Assembly: GCA_050952625.1 (NCBI GenBank)
Contig: JBMNLH010000001.1
Location: forward strand, 1,120,001 to 1,184,000
Length of the DNA stretch: 64,000 nucleotides
Source of the DNA: Bacillota bacterium
GTDB taxonomy: Bacteria > Bacillota > Ch66 > Ch109
Direction: 5' to 3'
Part shown: piece by piece, positions 28,587 to 38,342 of the stretch
How the letters are laid out: each line of letters starts with the position of its first letter
Numbering within the stretch: position 1 is the stretch's first letter
The notes under the pieces: model-generated
Told to the model about the DNA's origin: nothing
The model's input: the letters and a program-made list of their open reading frames with translations, nothing else
Databases searched by the model: none
Program-made: the position numbers and the translations under genes

Positions 28587-29768
28587 ATGATAGGATGCAC
28601 TAAGCTTTTGTGTGGAACTGCAACCGTGTCTGAGGCTTTAAAATATCAGCGTGATTCACGGCAGTTGCGTCCGCAAATGCTTCAGTTTTCCACAGACGAG
28701 AGGCCGTTGGTCGTTTGGAATACTACTAATCGGTGCAATTTGCGTTGTCAACATTGTTATCTAGATGCGGAAGATCGAGATTATAGTGGTGAATTAACTA
28801 ATGAGCAGGCCCGGGAGTTTATCTATGATCTCGCGGATCTTAAAGCTCCGGTTTTATTGTTTTCTGGTGGAGAGCCGCTTCTGCGCCGGGACCTTTTTGA
28901 ACTAGGCCGATTAGCGGCTGATCTGGGCCTAAGACCGGTGCTGTCGACCAATGGAACCTTAATTACCATAGAAAAGGCTCAAAAAATCCTTGATGCTGGT
29001 TTTCAATATGTAGGGGTGAGTATCGACGGGGGTCAAGTCATTCATGACCGTTTCCGGGCAAAAGAAGGGGCGTTTGCGCAGGCTCTCCAGGGGATTAGTA
29101 ATGCGGCGAAGGTGGGACTTAAGACCGGCATCCGTTTTACGGTTAACCGCCTGAATCAAGAAGATCTGAATGAAGTCTTGGAGGTTGTGGAACGGGAAGG
29201 AATCCCTCGTTTTTGTATGTATCATCTGGTGTATTCAGGCCGGGGTCGGGAGTTAGCTAACCTGGATACCTCGAAAGAAGAAAAGCGGCAGATTATGGAG
29301 AACATAGTCAGCCGAACGCTTGATTTGTATAAGCGTGGGGTTGAGGTAGAGATCTTAACCACTGATAACCACGCAGATGGGGTTTTTCTCTATAATTATG
29401 TCTTAACTCATCAGCCGGAAAGAGCGAAGGAAATTTTAACTCTGCTGGAAATGCATGGTGGTTGTTCAGCCGGGACCAAGTTTGCCAATGTCGATCCTCA
29501 AGGCAACGTGCATCCCTGCCAGTTTTGGCAGCATTATACCCTGGGTAACGTCAAAGAACGTAAATTTAGCGAGATCTGGTTAGATAAAGAAGAGCCTTTG
29601 TTGGTTGCTTTGCGTAAGAAGCAGGATCTGGTCAAAGGTCGTTGTGGAGACTGCCGGTATAAGGCCTACTGCGGCGGCTGTCGCATCCGGGCCGAAGCGG
29701 TGACTGGCGATATCTGGGCGGAGGACCCGGCCTGTTACTTGACTGATCAAGAAATTGGCTTATCTTAA
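28587..29768 (+). CDS. ahbC: Radical SAM Fe-coproporphyrin synthase AhbC (NirJ1)
   Basis: MIG.TKLLCG, PLVVWN.T.RCNLRCQHCY, LTTDNHADG and SPASM cysteines; heme operon context. Confidence 0.85.
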   Translation: MIGCTKLLCGTATVSEALKYQRDSRQLRPQMLQFSTDERPLVVWNTTNRCNLRCQHCYLDAEDRDYSGELTNEQAREFIYDLADLKAPVLLFSGGEPLLRRDLFELGRLAADLGLRPVLSTNGTLITIEKAQKILDAGFQYVGVSIDGGQVIHDRFRAKEGAFAQALQGISNAAKVGLKTGIRFTVNRLNQEDLNEVLEVVEREGIPRFCMYHLVYSGRGRELANLDTSKEEKRQIMENIVSRTLDLYKRGVEVEILTTDNHADGVFLYNYVLTHQPERAKEILTLLEMHGGCSAGTKFANVDPQGNVHPCQFWQHYTLGNVKERKFSEIWLDKEEPLLVALRKKQDLVKGRCGDCRYKAYCGGCRIRAEAVTGDIWAEDPACYLTDQEIGLS

Positions 29769-29774
29769 GGGGGG

Positions 29775-30809
29775 GTGAATATGGGTTTTCCAGTTATGCG
29801 GCCGCGACGTCTACGGGAAAAGAGTAATATTAGGGAGTTGTTTAGCGAAACCACGGTATTGCTCAAGGATTTAATCTACCCGTTGTTTGTGATCCAGGGA
29901 CGCAAGATTAAAAACCCGGTGGCCGCTATGCCGGGGATTTATCAACTATCAGTTGATTACTTAATGAAGGAGACCCGTGAGTTGATCGAAATGGGCATTC
30001 GGTCCGTGATCCTCTTTGGGATTCCTGAGTATAAGGATGCGGTCGGTTCTAGCGGCTATCAGCCCCATGGCGTGGTTCAGGAGGCCGTTGGGGTTCTAAA
30101 AAATCGGTATCCTAATCTGGTTGTAATCACTGACGTTTGTTTGTGCGAATACACCGATCACGGCCACTGTGGCGTTGTGCAAGATGGACGAATCTTAAAT
30201 GATCCTACTCTGGAACTTTTAGCTCAAATGGCGGTCTCTCACGCTGAAGCCGGGGCAGATATGGTCGCCCCTTCGGACATGATGGACGGACGGGTTGCCG
30301 CCATCAGAAAAGCCTTAGACCAAAATGGCTTCACTGATTTGCCGATTATGGCCTATTCGGCTAAGTATGCTTCCGCTTTTTATGGACCGTTTCGCGAGGC
30401 AGCTGGTTCTGCTCCCCAGTTTGGCGATCGGCGCAGTTATCAGATGCATCCACCGAATTCAGATGAGGCCTTGCGGGAGGTGGCCCTGGATATAGAGGAA
30501 GGGGCCGATATCGTCATGGTTAAACCGGCTCTTCCCTATCTGGATATTGTGCGGAGGGTTAAGGATAGCTTTAATTGCCCAGTGGCTGCCTATAATGTTT
30601 CCGGAGAATACTCAATGATTAAGGCAGCCGTTGAACGCGGCTGGCTGGATGAAAAACGGGCAGTCTGGGAGATGCTGACCGGGATCAAACGGGCCGGGGC
30701 TGATGTGATCTTAACCTACTTTGCTCCGCAGGTAGCCCGGTGGATAAATGAGGGAAAATGGCCGGAGAGAGGGAGGGAAGAGCTTGATCGTTTCTTGGAA
30801 CACCACTAA
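29775..30809 (+). CDS. hemB: Porphobilinogen synthase
   Basis: [35 protein letters not shown] and MVKPA. Confidence 0.95.
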   Translation: MNMGFPVMRPRRLREKSNIRELFSETTVLLKDLIYPLFVIQGRKIKNPVAAMPGIYQLSVDYLMKETRELIEMGIRSVILFGIPEYKDAVGSSGYQPHGVVQEAVGVLKNRYPNLVVITDVCLCEYTDHGHCGVVQDGRILNDPTLELLAQMAVSHAEAGADMVAPSDMMDGRVAAIRKALDQNGFTDLPIMAYSAKYASAFYGPFREAAGSAPQFGDRRSYQMHPPNSDEALREVALDIEEGADIVMVKPALPYLDIVRRVKDSFNCPVAAYNVSGEYSMIKAAVERGWLDEKRAVWEMLTGIKRAGADVILTYFAPQVARWINEGKWPERGREELDRFLEHH

Positions 30810-31785
30810 CCATTGCAACATGTTTTGTGAGCATTGCTATCGGGAAGCTGGTGCCAAGGCAGATGAAGAGCTGAATACCGAGGAGGGGAAACGCCTCCTT
30901 GAGCAGATCGCCCGAGCTGGCTTTAAGATCATGATTTTTAGTGGTGGCGAACCTTTAATGCGGACGGATATTGTTGAATTAGTGACATACGCTGCTTCCT
31001 TGGGCCTGCGGCCGGTTTTTGGCACGAACGGTACTTTAATCACCCTGGAAATGGCCGAGCGTCTCAAACAGGCTGGGGCCATGGGCATGGGCATTAGCCT
31101 GGATAGTCTGGATGCAGAGAAACATGATCGGCTGCGTAAATATCAAGGTGCCTGGCAGCAGGCGGTTCAGGGAATGAACAATTGCCGCGCCGTTGGTTTG
31201 CCTTTTCAGATCCATACCACGGCCATGGAGTGGAATGAAGGCGAGATTGAGGCAATTACCGATTTCGCGGTTGAACTCGGGGCCGTGGCTCACCATATCT
31301 TTTTCCTGGTTCCCACCGGTCGAGCGGTTGAGATTGAGGAAGAAGCACTGCGAGTAGATAAATATGAACGTCTGTTGCAGCGGATTTTAACCAAACAGCA
31401 GCAGGTAAAGATTGAGCTCAAACCAACCTGTGCGCCGCAATTTGTGCGAATGGCCAAGCAACGAGGGATGAATCTCCGTTTTCAAAGAGGCTGTCTGGCC
31501 GGTATCTCCTATTGTATTATTAGCCCAAGGGGGTTAGTTCAACCGTGCGCCTATCTTGACCTGCCGGTGGGCAATGTTCGAGAGCAGCCTTTCGATGAAA
31601 TTTGGCAAACCAGTCCGGTTCTCCAACGTCTGAGAACTCAGGACTATGGTGGTAAATGCGGTGGATGTCAGTATATTTCCGCCTGTGGCGGTTGTCGGGC
31701 GAGAGCTGCTTTTTATCATGAAGGGGACTATATGGCGGAAGATGAATGGTGTCGTTATCCGGGGGGAAGATTACCGGTAGAGTAA
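30784..31785 (+). CDS. ahbD: Radical SAM heme b synthase AhbD (NirJ2)
   Basis: TTG start after GGGAGG: [37 protein letters not shown] and CGGCRARA. Confidence 0.85.
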   Translation: MIVSWNTTNHCNMFCEHCYREAGAKADEELNTEEGKRLLEQIARAGFKIMIFSGGEPLMRTDIVELVTYAASLGLRPVFGTNGTLITLEMAERLKQAGAMGMGISLDSLDAEKHDRLRKYQGAWQQAVQGMNNCRAVGLPFQIHTTAMEWNEGEIEAITDFAVELGAVAHHIFFLVPTGRAVEIEEEALRVDKYERLLQRILTKQQQVKIELKPTCAPQFVRMAKQRGMNLRFQRGCLAGISYCIISPRGLVQPCAYLDLPVGNVREQPFDEIWQTSPVLQRLRTQDYGGKCGGCQYISACGGCRARAAFYHEGDYMAEDEWCRYPGGRLPVE

Positions 31786-31908
31786 TGCCTTCATCATCGC
31801 AACCTCAGTAGTCTATTGACGTTGGAACAGCGGGGTAGGTTTAAAATATTTCAATCACTTAAAAAATAAAGGTATTACAGTCTTATTGGCAGGGAGTGGG
31901 ATATTTTC

Positions 31909-32355
31909 ATGGACGATTTAGATAGACAACTCCTTAATCGATTACAAAGTGATTTTCCGTTGACTTCTGCTCCCTATCAACTTCTGGGGGAGGAGCTAGG
32001 TCTAAATGAAGCCGAGGTTTTGGAACGTATTAGTCGGCTTAAGGAGCAGGGGATTATTCGTCGCATCGGGGCTAGTTTTAATTCAAATGGATTGGGTTAT
32101 GTCAGTAGTCTGATAGCCCTAAAGGTGCCAGAGGCACAATTAGCCACAGTCGCTTCTGTCGTTAATAGTTATCCAGGAGTGACTCATAATTATCAACGAA
32201 ATCACGCTTATAACCTCTGGTTTACTCTAATCGCTCCATCCTCGGCTGAACTGGTGAATACTTTAAAGGAGATTCAAGCAAAGATCGGCGATTTGCCTTA
32301 TCTAAATCTACCGGCCCGACGGGTGTTTAAAATTAAGGCCCAATTTTCCTTTTAG
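31909..32355 (+). CDS. ahbA: Siroheme decarboxylase subunit alpha
   Basis: AsnC-like; GVTHNYQR...YNLWFT. Confidence 0.85.
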   Translation: MDDLDRQLLNRLQSDFPLTSAPYQLLGEELGLNEAEVLERISRLKEQGIIRRIGASFNSNGLGYVSSLIALKVPEAQLATVASVVNSYPGVTHNYQRNHAYNLWFTLIAPSSAELVNTLKEIQAKIGDLPYLNLPARRVFKIKAQFSF

Positions 32356-32378
32356 AAGGATTTTTTTGGGGGGAGCAA

Positions 32379-32846
32379 ATGCAAACTGATCAAGACATTG
32401 CTATTGTTCGAGCATTACAGGGAGATATTCCGCTAGTAGCCCGACCTTTTATTCAAATTGCTAATCAATTGGGTATCGGTGAAGCTGACTTGCTGCAGAA
32501 GATTAATGAGATGCAAAATAAAGGCGTTATTCGGCGTTTTGGGGCTATCCTGCGTCACCGTCAAGCCGGAATAACCGCCAACGCCATGGTAGTATGGCGA
32601 GTGCCAGCTGAAGATATCGAACGGGTCGGAACCATAATGGCTCAATCACCAGCCGTTACTCATTGCTATGAGCGACCAACCGGCCCAGATTGGCCTTACA
32701 ACCTTTACACTATGATCCATGGTCGATCAACCGTGGAGTGCGAAGAAGTTGTGCAGAAACTAGCGCAGATAGCTGATGTAAAAGAATACCAACTGCTATA
32801 TGGGATTAAGGAATATAAAAAGACTAGTATGCAGTATTTTAAATAA
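32379..32846 (+). CDS. ahbB: Siroheme decarboxylase subunit beta
   Basis: RRFGAILRHR.AG..NAM, VTHCYER..WPYNLYTMIH and EYKKTSM.YF. Confidence 0.88.
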   Translation: MQTDQDIAIVRALQGDIPLVARPFIQIANQLGIGEADLLQKINEMQNKGVIRRFGAILRHRQAGITANAMVVWRVPAEDIERVGTIMAQSPAVTHCYERPTGPDWPYNLYTMIHGRSTVECEEVVQKLAQIADVKEYQLLYGIKEYKKTSMQYFK

Positions 32847-32981
32847 GAATAATATTTGATAGATTTAATTGTTCTGGATGAATGTTCCAGGCTTGTTTAG
32901 CATTGGCGTTCATCTACTAATTCTATTATAATTAATTATTAAATATAATAGATAGTTTAAGTCGAGCGGAGGCAGATAGAG

Positions 32982-34379
32982 ATGTCACAGCAGCACAGTC
33001 GACAATTACGCCAGGATAAGTCAGCATCGCTTTTTGCGGAAGCCGGCCATTATATGCCCGGGGGGGTCAACAGTCCAGTTCGCGCTTTTCGAGCCGTTGG
33101 CGGTACACCAGTGTATATGCAAAAAGGAGAAGGGGCTTATCTTTGGGATGTTGACGGGAATCAGTTTATTGATTTATTGTCATCTTGGGGGCCGCTCATT
33201 CTCGGGCACCGGCATCCACAGGTGATGGCAGCGATTCAGCAAACGCTAGAAATTGGCACCAGTTTTGGTGCGCCAACGGAATTAGAAACCCGCATGGCCA
33301 CTTTAATAATTGAAGCCTTGCCGGCGATGGAAATGGTGCGGATGGTTAGTTCCGGAACCGAGGCGACGATGAGTGCCTTGCGACTCGCCCGTGGATATAC
33401 CGGCCGAGATAAGATCGTCAAGTTTGAGGGTTGCTACCATGGTCATGCGGATTCCCTTTTGATAAAGGCTGGCTCTGGTTTATTAACCCTCGGTGTCCCG
33501 ACCAGTCCTGGAGTACCTGCTGATTTAGCTGCCTCGACGGTTGTGGCTCCCTATAACGATTTAGATAATCTGAAAGAACTATTTGCCGCCATTGGAAACG
33601 AAATTGCGGCGGTTATTGTTGAGCCAGTCGCTGGGAATATGGGAGTAGTGCTGCCTGAGCCCGGGTTTTTGGCAGGATTAAGAGCACTGACTAAAGAATA
33701 TGGTACGCTGCTTATTTTCGATGAAGTAATCACTGGGTTTCGGGTAGCCTATGGTGGAGCCCAGACCCGGTTTGGTATTGAACCGGATTTAACTTGTCTC
33801 GGCAAAATTATTGGCGGTGGTTTGCCTGTTGGGGCCTATGGCGGCCGACGTGAAATAATGGAAAGCATTGCGCCGAATGGACCAGTATATCAGGCCGGCA
33901 CTCTTTCCGGCAATCCACTAGCTATGGCAGCCGGTATTGCCACTCTCGAGGTCCTGAAACAGCCAGGGTTTTATGAAGAGTTAGAAAAAAAATCAGCTTA
34001 CTTAAGCCAGGGCTTGGCAGAGGCGGCAGTACGTAGCGGTTTATCAACTAAAATTATGGAAATTTCAAGTAGCGATAATAAATTGAACTTAAAAAGAATA
34101 TATTTGCCGAAATCTAATGATGCGGACGCAGTCTGTCTGACTCGTATCGGCTCCATGCTTTGTACCTTTTTTACTCACAAACCAGTAACTGATTATCAAT
34201 CAGCTTCTACGGCGAATACTGATCAGTATTCTCGTTATTTCTGGACAATGTTGCAGGAGGGGGTCTATCTGGCCCCAGCTCAGTTTGAGGCGTCTTTTGT
34301 ATCGTCAGCCCATACCTATAATGATTTAGATCGGATTATTGAGGCCAGCGAGCGAGCGTTTGTCGCTGCAAGGGGTTAA
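32982..34379 (+). CDS. hemL: Glutamate-1-semialdehyde 2,1-aminomutase
   Basis: [39 protein letters not shown] and QAGTLSGNP. Confidence 0.95.
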   Translation: MSQQHSRQLRQDKSASLFAEAGHYMPGGVNSPVRAFRAVGGTPVYMQKGEGAYLWDVDGNQFIDLLSSWGPLILGHRHPQVMAAIQQTLEIGTSFGAPTELETRMATLIIEALPAMEMVRMVSSGTEATMSALRLARGYTGRDKIVKFEGCYHGHADSLLIKAGSGLLTLGVPTSPGVPADLAASTVVAPYNDLDNLKELFAAIGNEIAAVIVEPVAGNMGVVLPEPGFLAGLRALTKEYGTLLIFDEVITGFRVAYGGAQTRFGIEPDLTCLGKIIGGGLPVGAYGGRREIMESIAPNGPVYQAGTLSGNPLAMAAGIATLEVLKQPGFYEELEKKSAYLSQGLAEAAVRSGLSTKIMEISSSDNKLNLKRIYLPKSNDADAVCLTRIGSMLCTFFTHKPVTDYQSASTANTDQYSRYFWTMLQEGVYLAPAQFEASFVSSAHTYNDLDRIIEASERAFVAARG

Positions 34380-34461
34380 CTTATTATCATTTTCAAAATA
34401 CATCACAAATCGCATGCAGCTAGGAAGCACAAATTGTGAAGGGAAAAAACAAAAAAACAAT

Positions 34462-34923
34462 TTATTCCTCAGTTAATAGTGACCCGACTCTAAAGAAGGT
34501 TCCTCGACTGATAGCGATTAATTGGTTCTGAAGATTATATACCTCAGTTTGAGCAATTACCACCTGACTGCCAATATGGACTGCGTCGGAACAAGCCCGA
34601 AGTATTTCCCCAACACAAACGCGTCCGAGAAAATTAATATTCATCTCTAAGGTGACTACCCGCATATTTAATGTACGAAAAACGACTCCCATTGCCGAAT
34701 CAACTAAGGTGGTAATGATTCCACCGTGTGCCATTCCATAAGAATTAGTAAACTCGGGACCAATTGGCATCTCCAATTCAGCCCGACCCTGAGCTAATAA
34801 AAGTAGGGTTATCTGCAAATTTTGATGCGCCGGGATTCTATTAGAAATGTTTACAACCGCATTAAATAATTCCTCATCAAGACCAAAGTTTTTTATTGAT
34901 TTAGTTTCTTGAGGTTTATGCAT
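34462..34923 (-). CDS. PaaI family hotdog thioesterase
   Basis: N..GMAHGG...TLVDSAMG and VTLEMNINFL. Confidence 0.85.
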   Translation of the reverse strand: MHKPQETKSIKNFGLDEELFNAVVNISNRIPAHQNLQITLLLLAQGRAELEMPIGPEFTNSYGMAHGGIITTLVDSAMGVVFRTLNMRVVTLEMNINFLGRVCVGEILRACSDAVHIGSQVVIAQTEVYNLQNQLIAISRGTFFRVGSLLTEE

Positions 34924-35146
34924 AGAAGGTGTCTTCTCCTCTTTTGTATATTTTGGTGCATCAGTATCGGCTTGAACACTATTAGGTAAATTGCTTCTAT
35001 CCGAATTATTGTGTTTTTCTTTTAAGTTAGATGACAGTTAATAAAATGTCAACTATGTAAAAGAAACCGGGAACTTACGTTCTGGAGGAATTTCTTCAAT
35101 AACGGCGAATTAGGTAACGGTCAGAGGGGAGGGAAACCGGTCGAGT

Positions 35147-35920
35147 ATGCATGATAAATACCAATGGTTTATTAAAAAGGTACAGGAACGGACCGGCATT
35201 GACCTCGCTAGTTACAAAAGACCCCAAATGGAACGTCGCATTAATAGTCTGATGCGTTCCCAAAATGTAGGGAATTATGAAGAATATGTTCAACTTCTAA
35301 CTAAGGACCCTGCCCAATATCGAAAATTTTTAGAGCATATAACCATAAATGTCTCTGAATTTTTTCGAAACTTTTCGCATTGGGAGGTTTTACAAAATCA
35401 AGTTTTACCCGATTTATTAAGCCGTAGCAGCACCCTGAAGATATGGAGTGCTGGCTGTTCTACTGGGGAGGAACCATATTCATTGACCATAACTCTGTTA
35501 GAAAAAGCAGCTAGCCGTTTTCATAAAGTCATTGCGACCGATATTGATCGTCAAGTTATAGAGAGAGCACAAAAGGGAATATACGGCTCAAAAGCAGTAA
35601 GCTCTGTTCCAGAACCTTGGCTAAAAAAATATTTTCTGCAAAACGAAGGTAACTTTATTATTAAGGATGAGGTCAAGAAGTGGATTAGCTTTCAACAACA
35701 TGACTTACTAAAAGATAACTATCCGAGTAATTGCGACCTTATCTTATGTCGAAATGTTGTTATTTATTTTACCGAAGAGGCGAAAACCCGATTGTACCAG
35801 CGATTTCAACAAGCATTAAAAAAAGGTGGGGTTTTATTTATTGGCAGTACTGAACAAATCTTTCAGGCGCGCGAATTAGGCCTGCGATCCATTGCTACGT
35901 TTTTCTATCAAAAGATTTAA
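35147..35920 (+). CDS. cheR: Chemotaxis methyltransferase CheR
   Basis: ITINVSEFFRN, IWSAGCSTGEEPYS, ATDID and DLILCRNVVIYF. Confidence 0.93.
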   Translation: MHDKYQWFIKKVQERTGIDLASYKRPQMERRINSLMRSQNVGNYEEYVQLLTKDPAQYRKFLEHITINVSEFFRNFSHWEVLQNQVLPDLLSRSSTLKIWSAGCSTGEEPYSLTITLLEKAASRFHKVIATDIDRQVIERAQKGIYGSKAVSSVPEPWLKKYFLQNEGNFIIKDEVKKWISFQQHDLLKDNYPSNCDLILCRNVVIYFTEEAKTRLYQRFQQALKKGGVLFIGSTEQIFQARELGLRSIATFFYQKI

Positions 35921-35944
35921 AGTAGATAAAATTTTAAAACCTAG

Positions 35945-35973
35945 GCAGGAATTTGTTCGCTTTATGTAGAAAT
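35945..35973 (+). promoter_or_regulatory. SigH-type promoter upstream of the etf operon leader
   Basis: GCAGGAATTT...GTAGAAAT with 18-bp spacing. Confidence 0.5.
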
Positions 35974-36054
35974 AGAATGAAAAAAGTTCTGTGTCTAATT
36001 AATGCTTCAGTCATGGAGACGGGCTTTTTTTGTGGCTATAAGAAAGAAAAATTT

Positions 36055-36302
36055 GGCCCGGTTTATTCTGGGTAAATTAAAGCAAAGTCCTTCGAGATTA
36101 AGACACTGGAGGACTGATAATCTTGTCAGTCGAGGAATGAATCGGCTGAAAAAGGAGGGCCCTTCTAAAGAAGAAAAGGGATGTCCATGATTAGTCTTAA
36201 TAGCTTTGACAGTTTCTGGTCATCCTGGATCTGAAAAGGGTTAAAGGCTTCTTCTGCAAACATGAAGCAGAGTTTAAATAGTTGCAGAGTGAAGACCGGG
36301 CC
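36055..36302 (+). ncRNA. Unassigned structured RNA / leader element upstream of etfB
   Basis: Closing stem GGCCCGGT/ACCGGGCC, several internal stems and a possible pseudoknot (see findings). Confidence 0.5.
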
Positions 36303-36462
36303 AAAGATAACTGAAGGGTCCCACTAACTCAGAAAACTCGGTTGGGGGTGGTGAAAGAGGGTTCGTTCACGTTTTTAGGTATTTAGTAGTCGGATTATAG
36401 TGTAAAACAGTCGGGATTTAGGATTGAAAAAATGCAAACCATTCTCAAAGGAGGAAAGAGCT

Positions 36463-37209
36463 TTGAAAATAGCTGTATGTGTTAAGCAAACTTTTGACAC
36501 CGAAGCTAAAATCGTCCTCAAAAACGGAAAAGTCAGCGATGATGGGATTAACCTGATTATTAACCCTTACGATGAAGTAGCCGTGGAAGAAGCTCTCCAA
36601 ATTAAGGAGAAGCAAGGTGGAGAAGTTTTAGTCGTATCTGCTGGTTCTGATAAAGCCCAGGATGCAATTCGTCAAGCATTAGCCATGGGAGCAGATAAAG
36701 GAGTTCTAATCAGTGCTGATACAGAAGCTGACGAATACGCTCGCGCTGGTATTCTGGCTAAAGTAATAAGCGGCCTAGGTGCTGAACTAATTCTGTGTGG
36801 ACACGTTGCCGCTGATGATGGTTCCTCCCAGGTTCCGACTCGGTTGGCTGAAATCCTGAACCTTCCCCACGTTAACGTAGTACGTAAACTTGAACTGAAC
36901 GGTAATACTGCTGTCTGTACTCGTGAAACTGACGGTGGAACAGAAATTATCGAGGTAAAATTACCAGCGATCATTACCTGCCAGGTTGGAATGAACGAAC
37001 CCCGGTATCCTTCCATGAAAGGTATTATGCAAGCTAAGAAGAAACCGATCGACAAAGTTGCTGGCGAGGCAATTGCTTCTAAAACTTCTATAGCTTCCGT
37101 ATTCATTCCACCTCCAAAAGCTGCTGGTAAGAAAATCGAGGCAGAACCGGCTGATGCTGCAGCTCAAGTAGTTAACTGGTTAAAGAACGAAGTTCGGGTA
37201 GTCGGCTAA
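36463..37209 (+). CDS. etfB: Electron transfer flavoprotein beta subunit
   Basis: TTG after AAGGAGG; MKIAVCVKQ, INPYDEVAVEEA, ALAMGAD and NEPRYPS..GIM.AKKK. Confidence 0.93.
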   Translation: MKIAVCVKQTFDTEAKIVLKNGKVSDDGINLIINPYDEVAVEEALQIKEKQGGEVLVVSAGSDKAQDAIRQALAMGADKGVLISADTEADEYARAGILAKVISGLGAELILCGHVAADDGSSQVPTRLAEILNLPHVNVVRKLELNGNTAVCTRETDGGTEIIEVKLPAIITCQVGMNEPRYPSMKGIMQAKKKPIDKVAGEAIASKTSIASVFIPPPKAAGKKIEAEPADAAAQVVNWLKNEVRVVG

Positions 37210-37248
37210 TCTGAATGGAATTCACGAACAAAGGAGGAGAATAGTCTA

Positions 37249-38205
37249 ATGGCAAAAGGTACATGGGTTGTTGTTGACCAACGTGACGGCAAAATCCGTA
37301 AAGTCTCGCTCGAATTGATTAGCAAGGCTCGTGACTTCGGCGATGAGGTTGCCGCTGTTATTATGGGTCAAGGTATCGAAGGTCTAGCTGCTGAAGCTGG
37401 TAAAGCTGGGGCAGATAAGGTTTACATTGTAGACGATGCAAAATTTGCACAGTACAATACGGGTGCTTACGCTGCTCAACTAGCCGCTATGGCGAAAAAG
37501 TATGACCCGGCAACTATTATCTTTGGGCATACTGCAATGGGTAAGGATCTGGCTCCTCGGACCGCTCAAAAGTTAGATGCTGGTCTGGTAACAGACTGCA
37601 CTGACATAGAAGTAGATGGCGGCAAGCTGACCTTTGTCCGCCCAATCTATGCCGGTAAGGCCTTTGCAAAGGTTAATGTTGATTCCACCCCAGTTATGGC
37701 TACTATTCGGGCAAACATTTTTGACGTAGCCGATGCTGGAAAATCTCCTGAAGTAATCAAGGCTGACGTAGCTGTAAGCGATGCAGACCTATATCAGACT
37801 GTCAAAGAATTTATCGCGACTGTTTCCAGCCGACCAGAGCTTTCTGAAGCAAACTTCGTTGTATCCGGCGGCCGTGGAGCTAAAGGACCAGAAGGCTTCA
37901 AAATGCTTGAAGAGCTGGCGGACATCTTTGGGGCTGCAGTTGGTGCTTCCCGGGCAGCTGTCGACTCTGGCTGGATTGATAATCAGTACCAGGTTGGCCA
38001 AACTGGTAAAGTGGTTAACCCTGTACTCTACGTAGCGGCTGGTATCTCTGGTGCAATTCAGCACGTAGCCGGCATGTCTTCTTCCAAGAACATTGTTGCT
38101 ATTAATAAAGACCCCGAAGCACCGATTTTCAGTATTGCTGACTTCGGTATTGTTGGGGATATGCATGCCGTTATTCCAGAGATGATTAAGCAACTAAAGA
38201 AGTAA
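37249..38205 (+). CDS. etfA: Electron transfer flavoprotein alpha subunit
   Basis: [30 protein letters not shown] and AINKD. Confidence 0.95.
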   Translation: MAKGTWVVVDQRDGKIRKVSLELISKARDFGDEVAAVIMGQGIEGLAAEAGKAGADKVYIVDDAKFAQYNTGAYAAQLAAMAKKYDPATIIFGHTAMGKDLAPRTAQKLDAGLVTDCTDIEVDGGKLTFVRPIYAGKAFAKVNVDSTPVMATIRANIFDVADAGKSPEVIKADVAVSDADLYQTVKEFIATVSSRPELSEANFVVSGGRGAKGPEGFKMLEELADIFGAAVGASRAAVDSGWIDNQYQVGQTGKVVNPVLYVAAGISGAIQHVAGMSSSKNIVAINKDPEAPIFSIADFGIVGDMHAVIPEMIKQLKK

Positions 38206-38342
38206 TCAGGGTTTAGAGATAAAGGGTATTTCGAGTACTCTAGGTCCTAATTAGAAAATGATGCTGGATATGCGCCACGCACCCTATAACCTGCCTCGCA
38301 TATCCAGTATTCATGTACAAAAAATGCCAAGGGGGGTATAAA

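Noticed and set aside
30748-30809. Longer upstream starts for ahbD (likewise etfB, nuoB, metF, coaD, HDAC)
   Set aside because: The downstream starts have clear RBSs and match the family N-termini.
36002-36302. 62-aa ORF, FMN riboswitch or hammerhead ribozyme
   Set aside because: The ORF has no RBS and crosses a T-run. The FMN consensus is absent. CTGATAA is not followed by the hammerhead GAAA core.
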